NCBI GenBank assembly: GCA_043808785.1
Contig: JAZDEL010000006.1
Location: 30,001-62,000, forward strand
DNA length: 32,000 nt
Source of the DNA: Candidatus Iainarchaeum sp.
GTDB lineage: Archaea > Iainarchaeota > Iainarchaeia > Iainarchaeales > JAZDEL01
Direction of reading: 5' to 3'
In this document: positions 7,853 to 16,828 of the stretch, one piece after another
Layout: every line of letters begins with the position of its first letter
Position numbering within the stretch: position 1 is the stretch's first letter
Position numbers and translations under genes: made by a program
Notes under the pieces: model-generated
The model's database searches: none
Seen by the model: only the letters and a program-made list of their open reading frames with translations
What the model was told of the DNA's origin: nothing

Positions 7853-8041
7853 ATGGAGAAGAAGGAGAAGCCGCATATAAATTACACCAAATGCAAATTA
7901 AGCGGGATGTGCAAGAGCGTTTGCCCGATGGGCGTGTTCGAGAAAAAGGAAAAGAACATGGTCGTCAAGCACCCCGAGAAGTGCATACAGTGCAGGGCGT
8001 GCGAGGTAAGCTGCCCGCACGGCGCGATTGAGGTTAAGTAA
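7853..8041 (+). CDS. 2x[4Fe-4S] ferredoxin (62 aa)
   Basis: Two cluster motifs are present: CKLSGMCKSVCP and CIQCRACEVSCP. A possible internal TATA (ATAAATATAAAAA) lies at about 7809-7821. Confidence 0.8.
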   Translation: MEKKEKPHINYTKCKLSGMCKSVCPMGVFEKKEKNMVVKHPEKCIQCRACEVSCPHGAIEVK

Positions 8042-8092
8042 TGCGCGTGCCGCCCGATGCGGCATGCACATCAATCATACGGAGGTATCTGA

Positions 8093-9199
8093 ATGGTTTC
8101 TTTCGACGAGTTCGGGCCGGAGAAAATACTCGAGGTGCACGACCATGCTTCGGGCATGCGCGGGTTTGTCGTGATAGACAACACCGCACGCGGCCCCGGA
8201 AAGGGCGGGATAAGGATGATGCCCAATGTAACTATTGACGAGGTTTTCAAGCTTGCGAGGACAATGACCTGGAAGTGCGCAATGGCTGATTTGCCTTTCG
8301 GCGGGGCGAAGGCGGGGATAGTTGCGGATGCGAAGAAGTTAACGCCCGCGCAGAAGGGGAGGATTGTCACGGAATTTTCAAAAGGGCTTAAGCCCGTTTG
8401 CCCGGGCCTTTATGTTTCGGCGCCCGACATGAACATGGCCGAGCCTGAGATGGAGATATTCGCAAGGGCGAACGGCTCGAACAATGCGTGCACCGGAAAG
8501 CCGAAAAGCATGGGGGGCTTGCCGCACGAGCTGGGAAGCACGGGTTACGGGACATATCTGGCGGCAAAGGTCGGGGCCGAGCACATGAAGCTTAGCCTGA
8601 AGGGCGCGACGGTTGCAATCGAGGGTTTCGGGAACGTCGGCACTTTCGCGATGAAATTCCTTGAGGAGGAAGGGGCGAAAATTGTCGCGGTTTCGGATTC
8701 GAAGGGGACGCTGTACATGAAGGAAGGCATCGATTACGCGAAACTTATGGAAACGAAGCAGAAGACAGGGAGCGTTGTGAATTACGGCAGGGGGAACGTG
8801 CTGCCGTGCGCGGACATTGCGGGAATTGACGCGGAGATACTGGTAACCGCGGCAATACCCGACCTGATAACGAAGGCGAATGTGGGCAAGGTAAAGGCGA
8901 GGCTGATTTCCGAGGGCTCGAACATACCGATGACTGTTGAAGTGGAGGAGATGCTGAGGAAGAAGGGCGTGCTGATAATGCCCGATTTCGTTGCGAACGC
9001 GGGGGGCGTTATCTCCAGCTATGTGGAATACATCGGGGGAACGGAGGAACAGATGTTCGGGATGGTGAAGGAGAAGATAACGAAGAACGCGAAGGAGATG
9101 CTCGAGCACTCGCAAAAAAGCGGCAAGAGCCCGAGGGAAAGCGCGATGGAGATTGCGGTGAAGCGCGTCAGGGAAGCGATGAAGAAGAGGAAGCAATGA
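8093..9199 (+). CDS. Glu/Leu/Phe/Val dehydrogenase family protein (short glutamate-dehydrogenase-like)
   Basis: The catalytic region is GGIRMMPNVTIDEVFKLARTMTWKCAMADLPFGGAKAGI. A Rossmann motif is present (IEGFGNVGTF). ACGGAGGT SD lies upstream. Confidence 0.85.
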   Translation: MVSFDEFGPEKILEVHDHASGMRGFVVIDNTARGPGKGGIRMMPNVTIDEVFKLARTMTWKCAMADLPFGGAKAGIVADAKKLTPAQKGRIVTEFSKGLKPVCPGLYVSAPDMNMAEPEMEIFARANGSNNACTGKPKSMGGLPHELGSTGYGTYLAAKVGAEHMKLSLKGATVAIEGFGNVGTFAMKFLEEEGAKIVAVSDSKGTLYMKEGIDYAKLMETKQKTGSVVNYGRGNVLPCADIAGIDAEILVTAAIPDLITKANVGKVKARLISEGSNIPMTVEVEEMLRKKGVLIMPDFVANAGGVISSYVEYIGGTEEQMFGMVKEKITKNAKEMLEHSQKSGKSPRESAMEIAVKRVREAMKKRKQ

Positions 9200-9849
9200 A
9201 AGGGGATTCTGAAGCGGCATATTTCGAAAAAATATTGCGTGCGCTGCGTGAAGAAGCTGGCGGGGAGGCCGCGGTTGTGCAGCACCGCGCCCCTTTCATG
9301 GTGCTGGTTTCAACGGTACTCAGCGCGAGGACAAGGGACGAGAACACTGCAAGGGCCAGCGCAAGGCTGTTTGCTAAATTCCGCACGCCGCGGGAAATCG
9401 CAAACGCGGGCACTGCCGAACTGCGGAGGCTTATAAAGCCGTGCGGGTTTTACAGAACCAAGGCAAGGAACATAAAAAAACTCTCGCGCGAAATTCTGGG
9501 CAGGTTTGGCGGCAAGGTGCCGGGGCGCCTGGAAGAACTTATAACACTCCCCGGCGTCGGGCGGAAAACCGCGAACTGCGTTCTTGTGTATGCCTTCGGG
9601 AAACCCGCGATTCCCGTCGATGTGCACGTGCACAGGGTTTCGAACAGGATAGGGCTGGTGAAAACACGGAAGCCCGAAGAAACAGAGAGGGCGCTGATGG
9701 CCGCGGTTCCGAGGAAATATTGGATTGAAATAAACAACCTTATGGTCAAGTTCGGCAGGAAGAGGTGCGGGCCCGTGAGGCCGAGGTGCGAAGGGTGCAA
9801 AATCGCGGAAATGTGCGAATACAACAAACTATCCGAAGCCGCGGGTTAG
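9196..9849 (+). CDS. nth: endonuclease III (HhH-GPD DNA glycosylase with 4Fe-4S loop)
   Basis: An HhH motif is present (LPGVGRKTANCVL). A VDVHVHRV motif is present. The C-terminus is C-x6-C-x2-C-x5-C (CGPVRPRCEGCKIAEMC). An ATGA overlap with the upstream stop suggests translational coupling. Confidence 0.88.
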   Translation: MKGDSEAAYFEKILRALREEAGGEAAVVQHRAPFMVLVSTVLSARTRDENTARASARLFAKFRTPREIANAGTAELRRLIKPCGFYRTKARNIKKLSREILGRFGGKVPGRLEELITLPGVGRKTANCVLVYAFGKPAIPVDVHVHRVSNRIGLVKTRKPEETERALMAAVPRKYWIEINNLMVKFGRKRCGPVRPRCEGCKIAEMCEYNKLSEAAG

Positions 9850-9872
9850 TTCGTCAGGTTTTTTGCGGGAGG

Positions 9873-10538
9873 TTAGCCGAAACCGCAAAGCAGTTCCTTC
9901 AGTTTTTCCGCGGGATTTTTTGCCTTAACCACGGCAGAGGAAACAAACACCCCGCTCGCGCCGAGTTCGAGGCTTTTTTTTACGTCTTCCGCGGAGTTTA
10001 TTCCCGCGCCCGCAATAACCGGAATTCGCGCAACTGCGTGCACCGCTGCAACAGCGGCGCTTATCACTTCGGGCTTTGCCGTGGAAACGGAAAGCTTGCC
10101 CCCGATGAGTTCCGGGGGTTCAATCGCTATGAAATCGGGCCCAAGGCGGGCGAGTTCCGCTGCGCGCTTCGGGGTTTCAGCGCAGAGCATTATTTTGAGG
10201 TGCGCCTCTCTTGCCCTCTTCACACACGCGGATATGAACTCCGTGCCCTGCCTGTCCTCGGCGTGGTTTGTTATTGTTCCCGAGGCGCCCGCTGATTTCA
10301 CTGCTTCGGGAAGAACACTGCCTGTGTGCGAACCATAAGTTACAGGGTCTATGTGCTGGGAGAAAATTTCAAGGGAAGAGGAGGAAGCAACAGTGCCGAT
10401 GTCAACTGCCTGGGGGACAAGCACAATTTTGCATTTGGAAGCCTTCGAAACCTTCTCCGCGGCCTTTGCAAGGGCAACCGCCTTTGCGCCCGTTGCCTCG
10501 GCATAGGTTTTGAAATTCAGGAAAAGCACCGGGCGCAT
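9873..10538 (-). CDS. tpiA: triosephosphate isomerase, short archaeal type
   Basis: The product is 221 aa. Motifs are MRPVLFLNFKTY, TNHAE, AIEPPELIG and AGAGI. Confidence 0.85.
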   Translation of the reverse strand: MRPVLFLNFKTYAEATGAKAVALAKAAEKVSKASKCKIVLVPQAVDIGTVASSSSLEIFSQHIDPVTYGSHTGSVLPEAVKSAGASGTITNHAEDRQGTEFISACVKRAREAHLKIMLCAETPKRAAELARLGPDFIAIEPPELIGGKLSVSTAKPEVISAAVAAVHAVARIPVIAGAGINSAEDVKKSLELGASGVFVSSAVVKAKNPAEKLKELLCGFG

Positions 10539-10623
10539 AAACCATAAAGGGCTTATGGGTTAAAAAAGGTTTTTGAAAACTGCCGGGGGGGCGTGTTTCG
10601 GCAGCGCAGCACGGCAGAATTGC

Positions 10624-11694
10624 CTAACCCCCCGACGGCCCGGTTTTGGGGAATTTGCCTTTCTTTCTGGGGGACAACGGCACTTTCAATTTTTTCTTCA
10701 TGGCTCTCCGCCAGTCCCTCGTTATTTCCTTTTTGAGGGACACCACAGGCCCCAATTTTCGCCTTTCTATTTGCATGCAGATTATTCTCTCGGGTTCTGC
10801 ATAGTGCTTTTCTGTTTTTGACAAAAAAACCCCTGCCCTGAACTGGCCGCTCGCCTTCAGTTTGTCCGCAATGTTCTGGTACCTAAAATAGTCAAGCACT
10901 GACTTTCGCAGGTGCACTAATGCGGCCCCTTTATCGCCCAGCATGTTGCAGATGCGCTGCACTACCATCGCCTGCGAGTATGCGTAACTTGGGCCCATCA
11001 GGCCGATTATGACCTTGTAGCGTTCATTTGGCCTGAAAACCGGGCTCTTGAAGTCTATAGAGCCTACAAAAAGCCTGTCAACCCTTTTCCTGACTTCCTC
11101 CGGCGGCTCGGCCACGCACATCCCCGTGATGTGAATCCTGTCGCCGAATATTTTCTTCAGCTCAGCATCAGCAAATGCGTTCCCAATCCCGATGTCCAGT
11201 ATTGGAACCGGCCCTTTCTCCCCCGCAAGCCGCATTTCGGCTTCTTTTTTGGAAATCAAGTCCACAAGGTCGGTTTTCAGGGCGCGGTTGTAATCGTTAA
11301 GGTTTCTGTCCATAATCCAGGCGCGCTTGTACTCCCTTTCTTTAATAAGTTCCATGAGCCGATTATAAATGCCCTTATCTTCCGCGTCTTTGAGGTAAGC
11401 CTCCCGCGCTTCGCGGTTATTCATTATGCGTTCATATCCATCATATGCTTTTGCAAGGTCTTCTCTGTACTTAATGGCTGCCATCTCTTCCTCCCACTTT
11501 GGAGCAGTTATTCCACTCAGGTATGCCCTTACAGGTGGCGGCAACTTCGAGCGCAAGCTAAACTTTCCCAAGTCCACGTTCCGCGGCTTTGTCATGAATT
11601 TCCAGAATCTGGACCGCCGAAATCTCGGGCCAAGTTTCGGCTTTTTGCTGGCCTGCCGAACGTTCCGGGCACCCCACGATGGCTTTTTCCTCAT
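10624..11694 (-). CDS. hypothetical protein with Rossmann/SAM-methyltransferase-like core and highly basic N- and C-termini
   Basis: I trimmed the ORF 10624..11709 to the ATG at 11694 (MRKKPSW...). The segments PILDIGIGNAF ... HITGM ... DRLFVGSIDF resemble class I methyltransferase motifs I/II/post-I. I recognise no confident family. A palindromic TATA (AATATATATT, about 11731-11740) lies upstream. Confidence 0.5.
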   Translation of the reverse strand: MRKKPSWGARNVRQASKKPKLGPRFRRSRFWKFMTKPRNVDLGKFSLRSKLPPPVRAYLSGITAPKWEEEMAAIKYREDLAKAYDGYERIMNNREAREAYLKDAEDKGIYNRLMELIKEREYKRAWIMDRNLNDYNRALKTDLVDLISKKEAEMRLAGEKGPVPILDIGIGNAFADAELKKIFGDRIHITGMCVAEPPEEVRKRVDRLFVGSIDFKSPVFRPNERYKVIIGLMGPSYAYSQAMVVQRICNMLGDKGAALVHLRKSVLDYFRYQNIADKLKASGQFRAGVFLSKTEKHYAEPERIICMQIERRKLGPVVSLKKEITRDWRRAMKKKLKVPLSPRKKGKFPKTGPSGG

Positions 11695-11867
11695 CACTGC
11701 CAACCACAAAAGTAATGTGTCGCTTGCAATATATATTGCTGCCGTTTTGCAGCCCAGGGGCGGGAATGCGCCCCTTATGCCCGAACTTGGGTTGCCCGGG
11801 CAAAATGCAAAACCCGCAAAAAACTCACGAATTTAAGGCTGTTGTTGCAGTTTATATTAAAGAGACT

Positions 11868-13829
11868 ATGGGTTCCGAAGAGGGAATAATCGCGGGCTTG
11901 GGCGCAAATCCTTCCGATGAGGAAATAATAGCGGGCTTCGGGGCAAAGGTCAGGGAGCACTACCCTAACCCGGACATCGGGCTGATAAGGCAGGCCTATT
12001 TCTTCGCAAAGGAGATATGCACAAACGGGAAGACCGAGGGGGGCAGGCCTTTCATAATGCACCCGCTCGGCACTGCAGCCATAGTGGCCGAAATGGGCGG
12101 GGACGAGAAGGCTGTCGCAGCAGCACTGCTGCACAACACCTGGGATGCGCAGATGCACGATGCCTGGGGATTGAACCTCACAGGCAGGGACATAGTTGAG
12201 CGGCGCTTTGGCTGCGAAGTTGTCGGGATTATCGACGAGGTGCTGAGGGAAAGCAAGGCTGAACTCGGTTACAAGAACAGGCTTTCCCCTTCGCTTCAGG
12301 CAAAGCTGCTGATGGCTGCAATGAGGGACAAGAGAGGGTTCCTTGTTAAGATTGCGGCAAGGCTTGACGCATTGAGGGAAGCCGCAGGCTGGAACTTGGA
12401 AAAGCGGGGGGAAATTGCAAAGGAGGCGATTGGCGTCTTCGCCCCGATTGCGGAAAGGCTCGGCATCTACAGGATAAAGGATGAGTTCGAGGAACTGGGC
12501 TTTAAATACCTGCACCCGAACGAGTATGCCGAACTGGCGGGCAAAATGGAGTCAAGGCTTTCAAAGGAGGAGGCGTGGCTGCGCGAAGCCGGGGGGATAT
12601 TGAGGAAAAAAATCTCGGACGCGCACATAGAGGCGGAGATAACCCACAGGGCAAAGACGCTTTACAGCATCTACAGGAAAATGGAAAGGCGCGGCGTGGG
12701 GCTTGAGGGCATATACGACTTGCTCGGGCTAAGGGTAATAACCGGCAGCGTGAAGGACTGCTATTATGTGCTCGGGCTTGTGCATGCGCAGTGGAGGCAT
12801 ATGGAGTCCGAGTTCAACGACTACATAGCGAAGCCGAAGCAGAACAACTACCGCGCGATACACACCACGATTATCGGGCCGGGAGGCGTGACAATAGAGG
12901 TGCAGATAAGGTCCGGGGACATGCACAGGATTGCGGAGCTCGGGGTTGCTGCCGACTGGAAATACGAGAAGGTCATAGGCGAGGAACGGTATGAAAAAAG
13001 GCTGCTCTGGCTCAAGCAACTGTTCGAGTGGGAGAGGCAGGCACAGAACCCGAGCACGGGGGGCTTTGAAATAAAGTACAAGGGCGACGTTATTGTTGCG
13101 CTGACCCCCGACGGCGCGCCTATAGAACTGCCGCGGGGCGCAACAGTGCTCGATTTCGCGTATGCCGTGCACACCGATGTCGGGAACAGGTGCAGCGGGG
13201 CAAAGGTTAACGGCAAGATGGTTCCGCTCAGGCACGCCCTTGAAAACCTTGATGTTGTGGAGGCAATGACCTCGCAAAGGCAAAAGCCTGTGAGGGGCTG
13301 GCTGGGAATAGTGAAAAGCGAAAAGGCGAGAAAAAAGATAAGGGCTGCGCTGCATATGGAAAGCGCGGAAAAGCCGCGGAAGGGCGCTGCACTGAAACAG
13401 AAGGTTTCCATAGGCGCCCGCGGGCAGGGGATTAAGCTGGCGAAGTGCTGCAACCCTTTGCCGGGGGACGGGGTAATCGGCTACAGGACGGCAAAGCGCA
13501 AGATATCGGTGCACAGGGAAGGGTGTGCCGAAGCCAAAAAAATGGGGGCTGTGCTTAAGCCGGTTGAGGTGGAATGGGGCGCAAAAGAAGCCGGGGGCTA
13601 CTCGGCAAACATGGCAATAACCGCCAGGGAGGGGGCAAACATCTCCTCGCCAATGGCCGAACTGCTTTCGAAGCACGGCATAAGGCAGTGCGCGGCAAGC
13701 CTTAAAACAGTCAACAACAAAATAGCGAACTACACTTTCACAATAGATGTGAACGACCTGAAGGCGCTCATGGGCATAATCAGGGAAGCGGGAAAAATAG
13801 ACGGCGTGATTGAGGTTTCAAGGGCGTAG
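11868..13829 (+). CDS. long RelA/SpoT homolog (RSH): degenerate HD domain + (p)ppGpp synthetase + TGS + CC/Zn-finger + ACT
   Basis: The pseudo-HD region is HPLGTAAIVAEMGGDEKAVAAALLHNTWD and KIAARLDALREA. The synthetase region is RAKTLYSIYRKM, LLGLRVI, EFNDYIAKPKQNNYRAIHT, EVQIRSGDMH and GVAADWKYE. The TGS region is VALTPDGAPIELPRGATVLDFAYAVHTDVGNRCSGAKVNG. The Zn-finger region is KCCNPLPGDGVIGY...VHREGC. An ACT-like C-terminus is present. The start is uncertain; in-frame ATGs also occur at 11766 and 11805. Confidence 0.85.
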   Translation: MGSEEGIIAGLGANPSDEEIIAGFGAKVREHYPNPDIGLIRQAYFFAKEICTNGKTEGGRPFIMHPLGTAAIVAEMGGDEKAVAAALLHNTWDAQMHDAWGLNLTGRDIVERRFGCEVVGIIDEVLRESKAELGYKNRLSPSLQAKLLMAAMRDKRGFLVKIAARLDALREAAGWNLEKRGEIAKEAIGVFAPIAERLGIYRIKDEFEELGFKYLHPNEYAELAGKMESRLSKEEAWLREAGGILRKKISDAHIEAEITHRAKTLYSIYRKMERRGVGLEGIYDLLGLRVITGSVKDCYYVLGLVHAQWRHMESEFNDYIAKPKQNNYRAIHTTIIGPGGVTIEVQIRSGDMHRIAELGVAADWKYEKVIGEERYEKRLLWLKQLFEWERQAQNPSTGGFEIKYKGDVIVALTPDGAPIELPRGATVLDFAYAVHTDVGNRCSGAKVNGKMVPLRHALENLDVVEAMTSQRQKPVRGWLGIVKSEKARKKIRAALHMESAEKPRKGAALKQKVSIGARGQGIKLAKCCNPLPGDGVIGYRTAKRKISVHREGCAEAKKMGAVLKPVEVEWGAKEAGGYSANMAITAREGANISSPMAELLSKHGIRQCAASLKTVNNKIANYTFTIDVNDLKALMGIIREAGKIDGVIEVSRA

Positions 13830-13845
13830 CACTGGCGTGGCGGAA

Positions 13846-14976
13846 TTATTCCATGCGCAGCGCGTCCACAGGGTCCATTTTCGAGGCTGCATATGCGGGG
13901 TAAATTCCCGCAAAAATCCCCATGAAAAGGGCGAAGAGGAATGCCTCCGCTATGAGCACCGTCCCCACGACAGTTGTAAGGCCTGATAAGGAAGTGATTG
14001 CATTTGCAATGGCAATGCCTAAAATTATGCCCGCAATGCCGCCGAAAATTCCGAGGAGCGCTGATTCGTAAAGGATCATTTTCATTACGTCATTGTTTGT
14101 CCACCCGACCGCCTTAAGCGCGCCTATTTCATTGAAGCGTTCCACAACACTCATCAGCATGGTGTTCAGTATGCCCACCCCCGCAACTATTGCCGCTATT
14201 GCGGCTACTGCGCCGACAAGCAGGCGCAGGCTGCCAAGCACGTCCCCTATCTGGCTCGAGAAATCGCTCGCAGACCTTGCCTTGAGGTCGTCCCCGTACC
14301 TGAAATTTATTATTTCCGCTATCTTCTGGTCGTCCTCGGGGTTAGTGAGGCTGAGGCTGTACTGCGTGACCTTCCCCTGCGGCGCGTCAACAAGGTCCCT
14401 GAGGTCTGCGATAGGCATTATTATTGCCATATTGAGGATCGCCGAGCCTGTTTCGTAAACTCCCGCAATTTTGAAGCTCTTGCCGTTTATCTTTACATTG
14501 TTCCCGACAAATTTGTCGTTATCGTCGATAAATTGTTTTGAAACCATGATAACGCCCTTGTCCCCCGATTTGAGTTTCCTGCCGCTTACAAGCTCGCCTG
14601 AAAAGCCTGCTGCGCCCTCCATGCCGCCCTTGTCAAGGCCTATGCCTATGAGTTGTGCAGAGCCCCCTAAGATAGATGACGCGCCCTCTATGGACTTTGC
14701 AACAGAAACGAGTGTGGGGGTTACTTTCTCGACCCCGGTTATGGATTCGAGCTTTGCCTCATATGAAGTGTCTATCTGGGAGAAGAGGCCTATCTGCCCC
14801 TTTTGGTAAACCACGACGCCCTGCATGTTGGAGAATGCGCCCTCAACCTCGGCAAGCATGCCGTCAACAACGGAAACCATGGCTATGATTGCGGCGACGC
14901 CTATGATTATGCCGAGCAGGGAAAGCACGGCCCTGCTGCGGTTCCTGAAAAGGTTTGAAACCGCGACCTTCAGCAT
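13846..14976 (-). CDS. ABC transporter permease, MacB/FtsX-like (periplasmic-core domain + FtsX 4-TM)
   Basis: The N-terminus is MLKVAVSNLFRNRSRAVLSLLGIIIGVAAIIAMVS. A large extracytoplasmic loop is followed by C-terminal TM helices with IGALKAVGW. It is a paralog of 15680..16816. Confidence 0.85.
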   Translation of the reverse strand: MLKVAVSNLFRNRSRAVLSLLGIIIGVAAIIAMVSVVDGMLAEVEGAFSNMQGVVVYQKGQIGLFSQIDTSYEAKLESITGVEKVTPTLVSVAKSIEGASSILGGSAQLIGIGLDKGGMEGAAGFSGELVSGRKLKSGDKGVIMVSKQFIDDNDKFVGNNVKINGKSFKIAGVYETGSAILNMAIIMPIADLRDLVDAPQGKVTQYSLSLTNPEDDQKIAEIINFRYGDDLKARSASDFSSQIGDVLGSLRLLVGAVAAIAAIVAGVGILNTMLMSVVERFNEIGALKAVGWTNNDVMKMILYESALLGIFGGIAGIILGIAIANAITSLSGLTTVVGTVLIAEAFLFALFMGIFAGIYPAYAASKMDPVDALRME

Positions 14977-14988
14977 AAAACCCCCTGC

Positions 14989-15678
14989 TCAGGCCCTTGC
15001 GCGGCCGGGTTTTGTGCCCTCTATTTTCCCGTCGCGCATGTGGTACTGCACGCTGGCGAAGCGCAGGAGGCTTTCGTCGTGCGTGACTATGACGAATGTT
15101 TTTTTCTCGTCCTTGTTGAGGCGCCTCATTTCGCTGACTATTTTTCCGCCCGTAATTGAATCGAGATTGCCCGTGGGCTCGTCCGCAAAGATTATTTCCG
15201 GGTCGTTTATCAGCGCGCGTGCGATTGAAACGCGCTGCCGTTCCCCGCCAGACATTTCCGAGGGCTTGTGGAACATCCTGTCCTGCAGGCCCATCTGCCT
15301 GAGGAGCGATTTTGCCCGCCCCATGACCTTTTCCTGCGGCAGGTTCATCGGCTCGGTGGGAATCATCACGTTTTCAAGCGCATTCAGGGTAGGAATAAGG
15401 TTGAATGCCTGGAATATGAAGCCTATTTTTTCGCGCCTTATCATTGCGAGGTGCCAGTCATCGAGCGCGGTTATGTTCTTGCCCCCTATATGCACGGTTC
15501 CTGATGTCGGATGGTCGAGCGCACCGAGGATGTGCATAAGCGTGCTCTTTCCCGAGCCGCTGGGCCCGACAATGATTACAAAATCGCCCTTCTTTACGTT
15601 GAGGGAGACGCCCCTTAGTGCGTGCACCGTGCTCCCGCCCATTTTGTATTCTTTGGTTATGCCGTTTGCCTCGATCAT
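14989..15678 (-). CDS. ABC transporter ATP-binding protein (MacB/LolD-like)
   Basis: Walker A is GPSGSGKST. The Q-loop is FIFQAFNL. The signature is MSGGERQRVSIARAL. Walker B is IIFADEPTGNLD. The H-loop is VIVTHD. I trimmed the start to the ATG at 15678, 1 nt after the upstream permease stop. Confidence 0.9.
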   Translation of the reverse strand: MIEANGITKEYKMGGSTVHALRGVSLNVKKGDFVIIVGPSGSGKSTLMHILGALDHPTSGTVHIGGKNITALDDWHLAMIRREKIGFIFQAFNLIPTLNALENVMIPTEPMNLPQEKVMGRAKSLLRQMGLQDRMFHKPSEMSGGERQRVSIARALINDPEIIFADEPTGNLDSITGGKIVSEMRRLNKDEKKTFVIVTHDESLLRFASVQYHMRDGKIEGTKPGRARA

Positions 15679-15679
15679 T

Positions 15680-16816
15680 TTAACGCCCCCCGCTGATTGC
15701 GGCAACAGGGTCAAGTGATGACGCGCGGAATGCGGGGTAGATGCCCGCAAGCAGCCCTATAATGAATGCAAAGCCGAAAGCCTGAAAAACCAATGGGGCG
15801 GTTATTGCGTAATTCAGGCCGAACGCCTGCTGGAGCGCGACATCAACGAGGAAACCAAGCACAAGCCCGAAAACTCCGCCGAGGCAGCCTAGGAAAACCG
15901 ACTCATAAATTATCATGCGCATCACATCCTCGTTCCCCCACCCGACCGCCTTAAGCGCGCCGATTTCTTTTGTGCGCTCCATTATGCTCATCAGGATCGT
16001 GTTTATTATTCCCACGCCCCCCACAATTGCGGAGATTGCCGCGATGAAAAAAACAAGAAGCCTGAAGTTGCCGAGAACGGAACCCATTTCATTCGAGAAG
16101 TCGGACGAGGTCATCGCCTCGAGGTCGTCCTTGTACTTGAAATTTATCGTGTTCGTGACCTCCTTGTCACGTGTGGGGTCGGTAAGGCCGAGGTAAAAGC
16201 TGCTAACCTTGCCCTCGGGGAAGCCGGAGAGGTCGCGCGCGTCATTTATGCTCATAACAATCATGCTGCCCAGCATGCTCGAGCCGGCGCGGTATATGCC
16301 CCGTATCTTGAATTTTTTCCCGTCTATCTTGAAGGTGCTGCCGGGAAACTTGTCGTATTCGTCGGCAAGCTGCCTGCCGATAACCACATAGCCGTCCTCG
16401 CCGGGCTTGAGGAACTGGCCTTCCTCTATTTCCCCGACCCAGGGAACGCCGCCGAGAAGGAGATAATCCCTTGCATCGAGGCCGTAAACAGCTGTGCTCA
16501 TCATGCTGGTTACGGGACCGCCCTCTATGGTTGAAGGCAGCCCCCAGAGTTCGGGCATTGCCAGGCGCACGCCCCTGACGGATTCGAGTTCGTTCCCATA
16601 AGATTCGTCGACCTTTGAAAGCGTCTGGTCCATGGCGTCGCGCTCCATTACGTAAACGCCCTGGAACTGGCCTATGACGCTGTTCAGTTCCGCGTAAAGG
16701 CCGTCAACCATTGAAACAAGCACTATTATTGCGGCGACGCCTATGATTATGCCGAGCAGCGCAAGCGCGGTCCTGCTCTTTCTCCTGAAAAGATTTAGGA
16801 AGGATAACTTAATCAT
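15680..16816 (-). CDS. ABC transporter permease, MacB/FtsX-like
   Basis: The N-terminus is MIKLSFLNLFRRKSRTALALLGIIIGVAAIIVLVS. A large loop, the IGALKAVGW motif and C-terminal TM helices are present. Confidence 0.85.
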   Translation of the reverse strand: MIKLSFLNLFRRKSRTALALLGIIIGVAAIIVLVSMVDGLYAELNSVIGQFQGVYVMERDAMDQTLSKVDESYGNELESVRGVRLAMPELWGLPSTIEGGPVTSMMSTAVYGLDARDYLLLGGVPWVGEIEEGQFLKPGEDGYVVIGRQLADEYDKFPGSTFKIDGKKFKIRGIYRAGSSMLGSMIVMSINDARDLSGFPEGKVSSFYLGLTDPTRDKEVTNTINFKYKDDLEAMTSSDFSNEMGSVLGNFRLLVFFIAAISAIVGGVGIINTILMSIMERTKEIGALKAVGWGNEDVMRMIIYESVFLGCLGGVFGLVLGFLVDVALQQAFGLNYAITAPLVFQAFGFAFIIGLLAGIYPAFRASSLDPVAAISGGR

Positions 16817-16828
16817 AAGTATTCGGGA

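Noticed and set aside
8378-9220. 280-aa minus-strand ORF antisense to the dehydrogenase gene
   Set aside because: It is a shadow ORF with Arg/His/Leu-rich low-information sequence. The sense strand carries clear Glu/Leu dehydrogenase motifs.
12729-13676. 315-aa minus-strand ORF antisense to the RSH gene
   Set aside because: It is a shadow ORF. The sense strand has unambiguous synthetase and TGS motifs.
14825-15718. 297-aa plus-strand ORF antisense to the ABC ATPase and permease genes
   Set aside because: It spans two well-supported minus-strand genes and their junction. It has a Ser/Pro/Ile-rich composition and no motifs.
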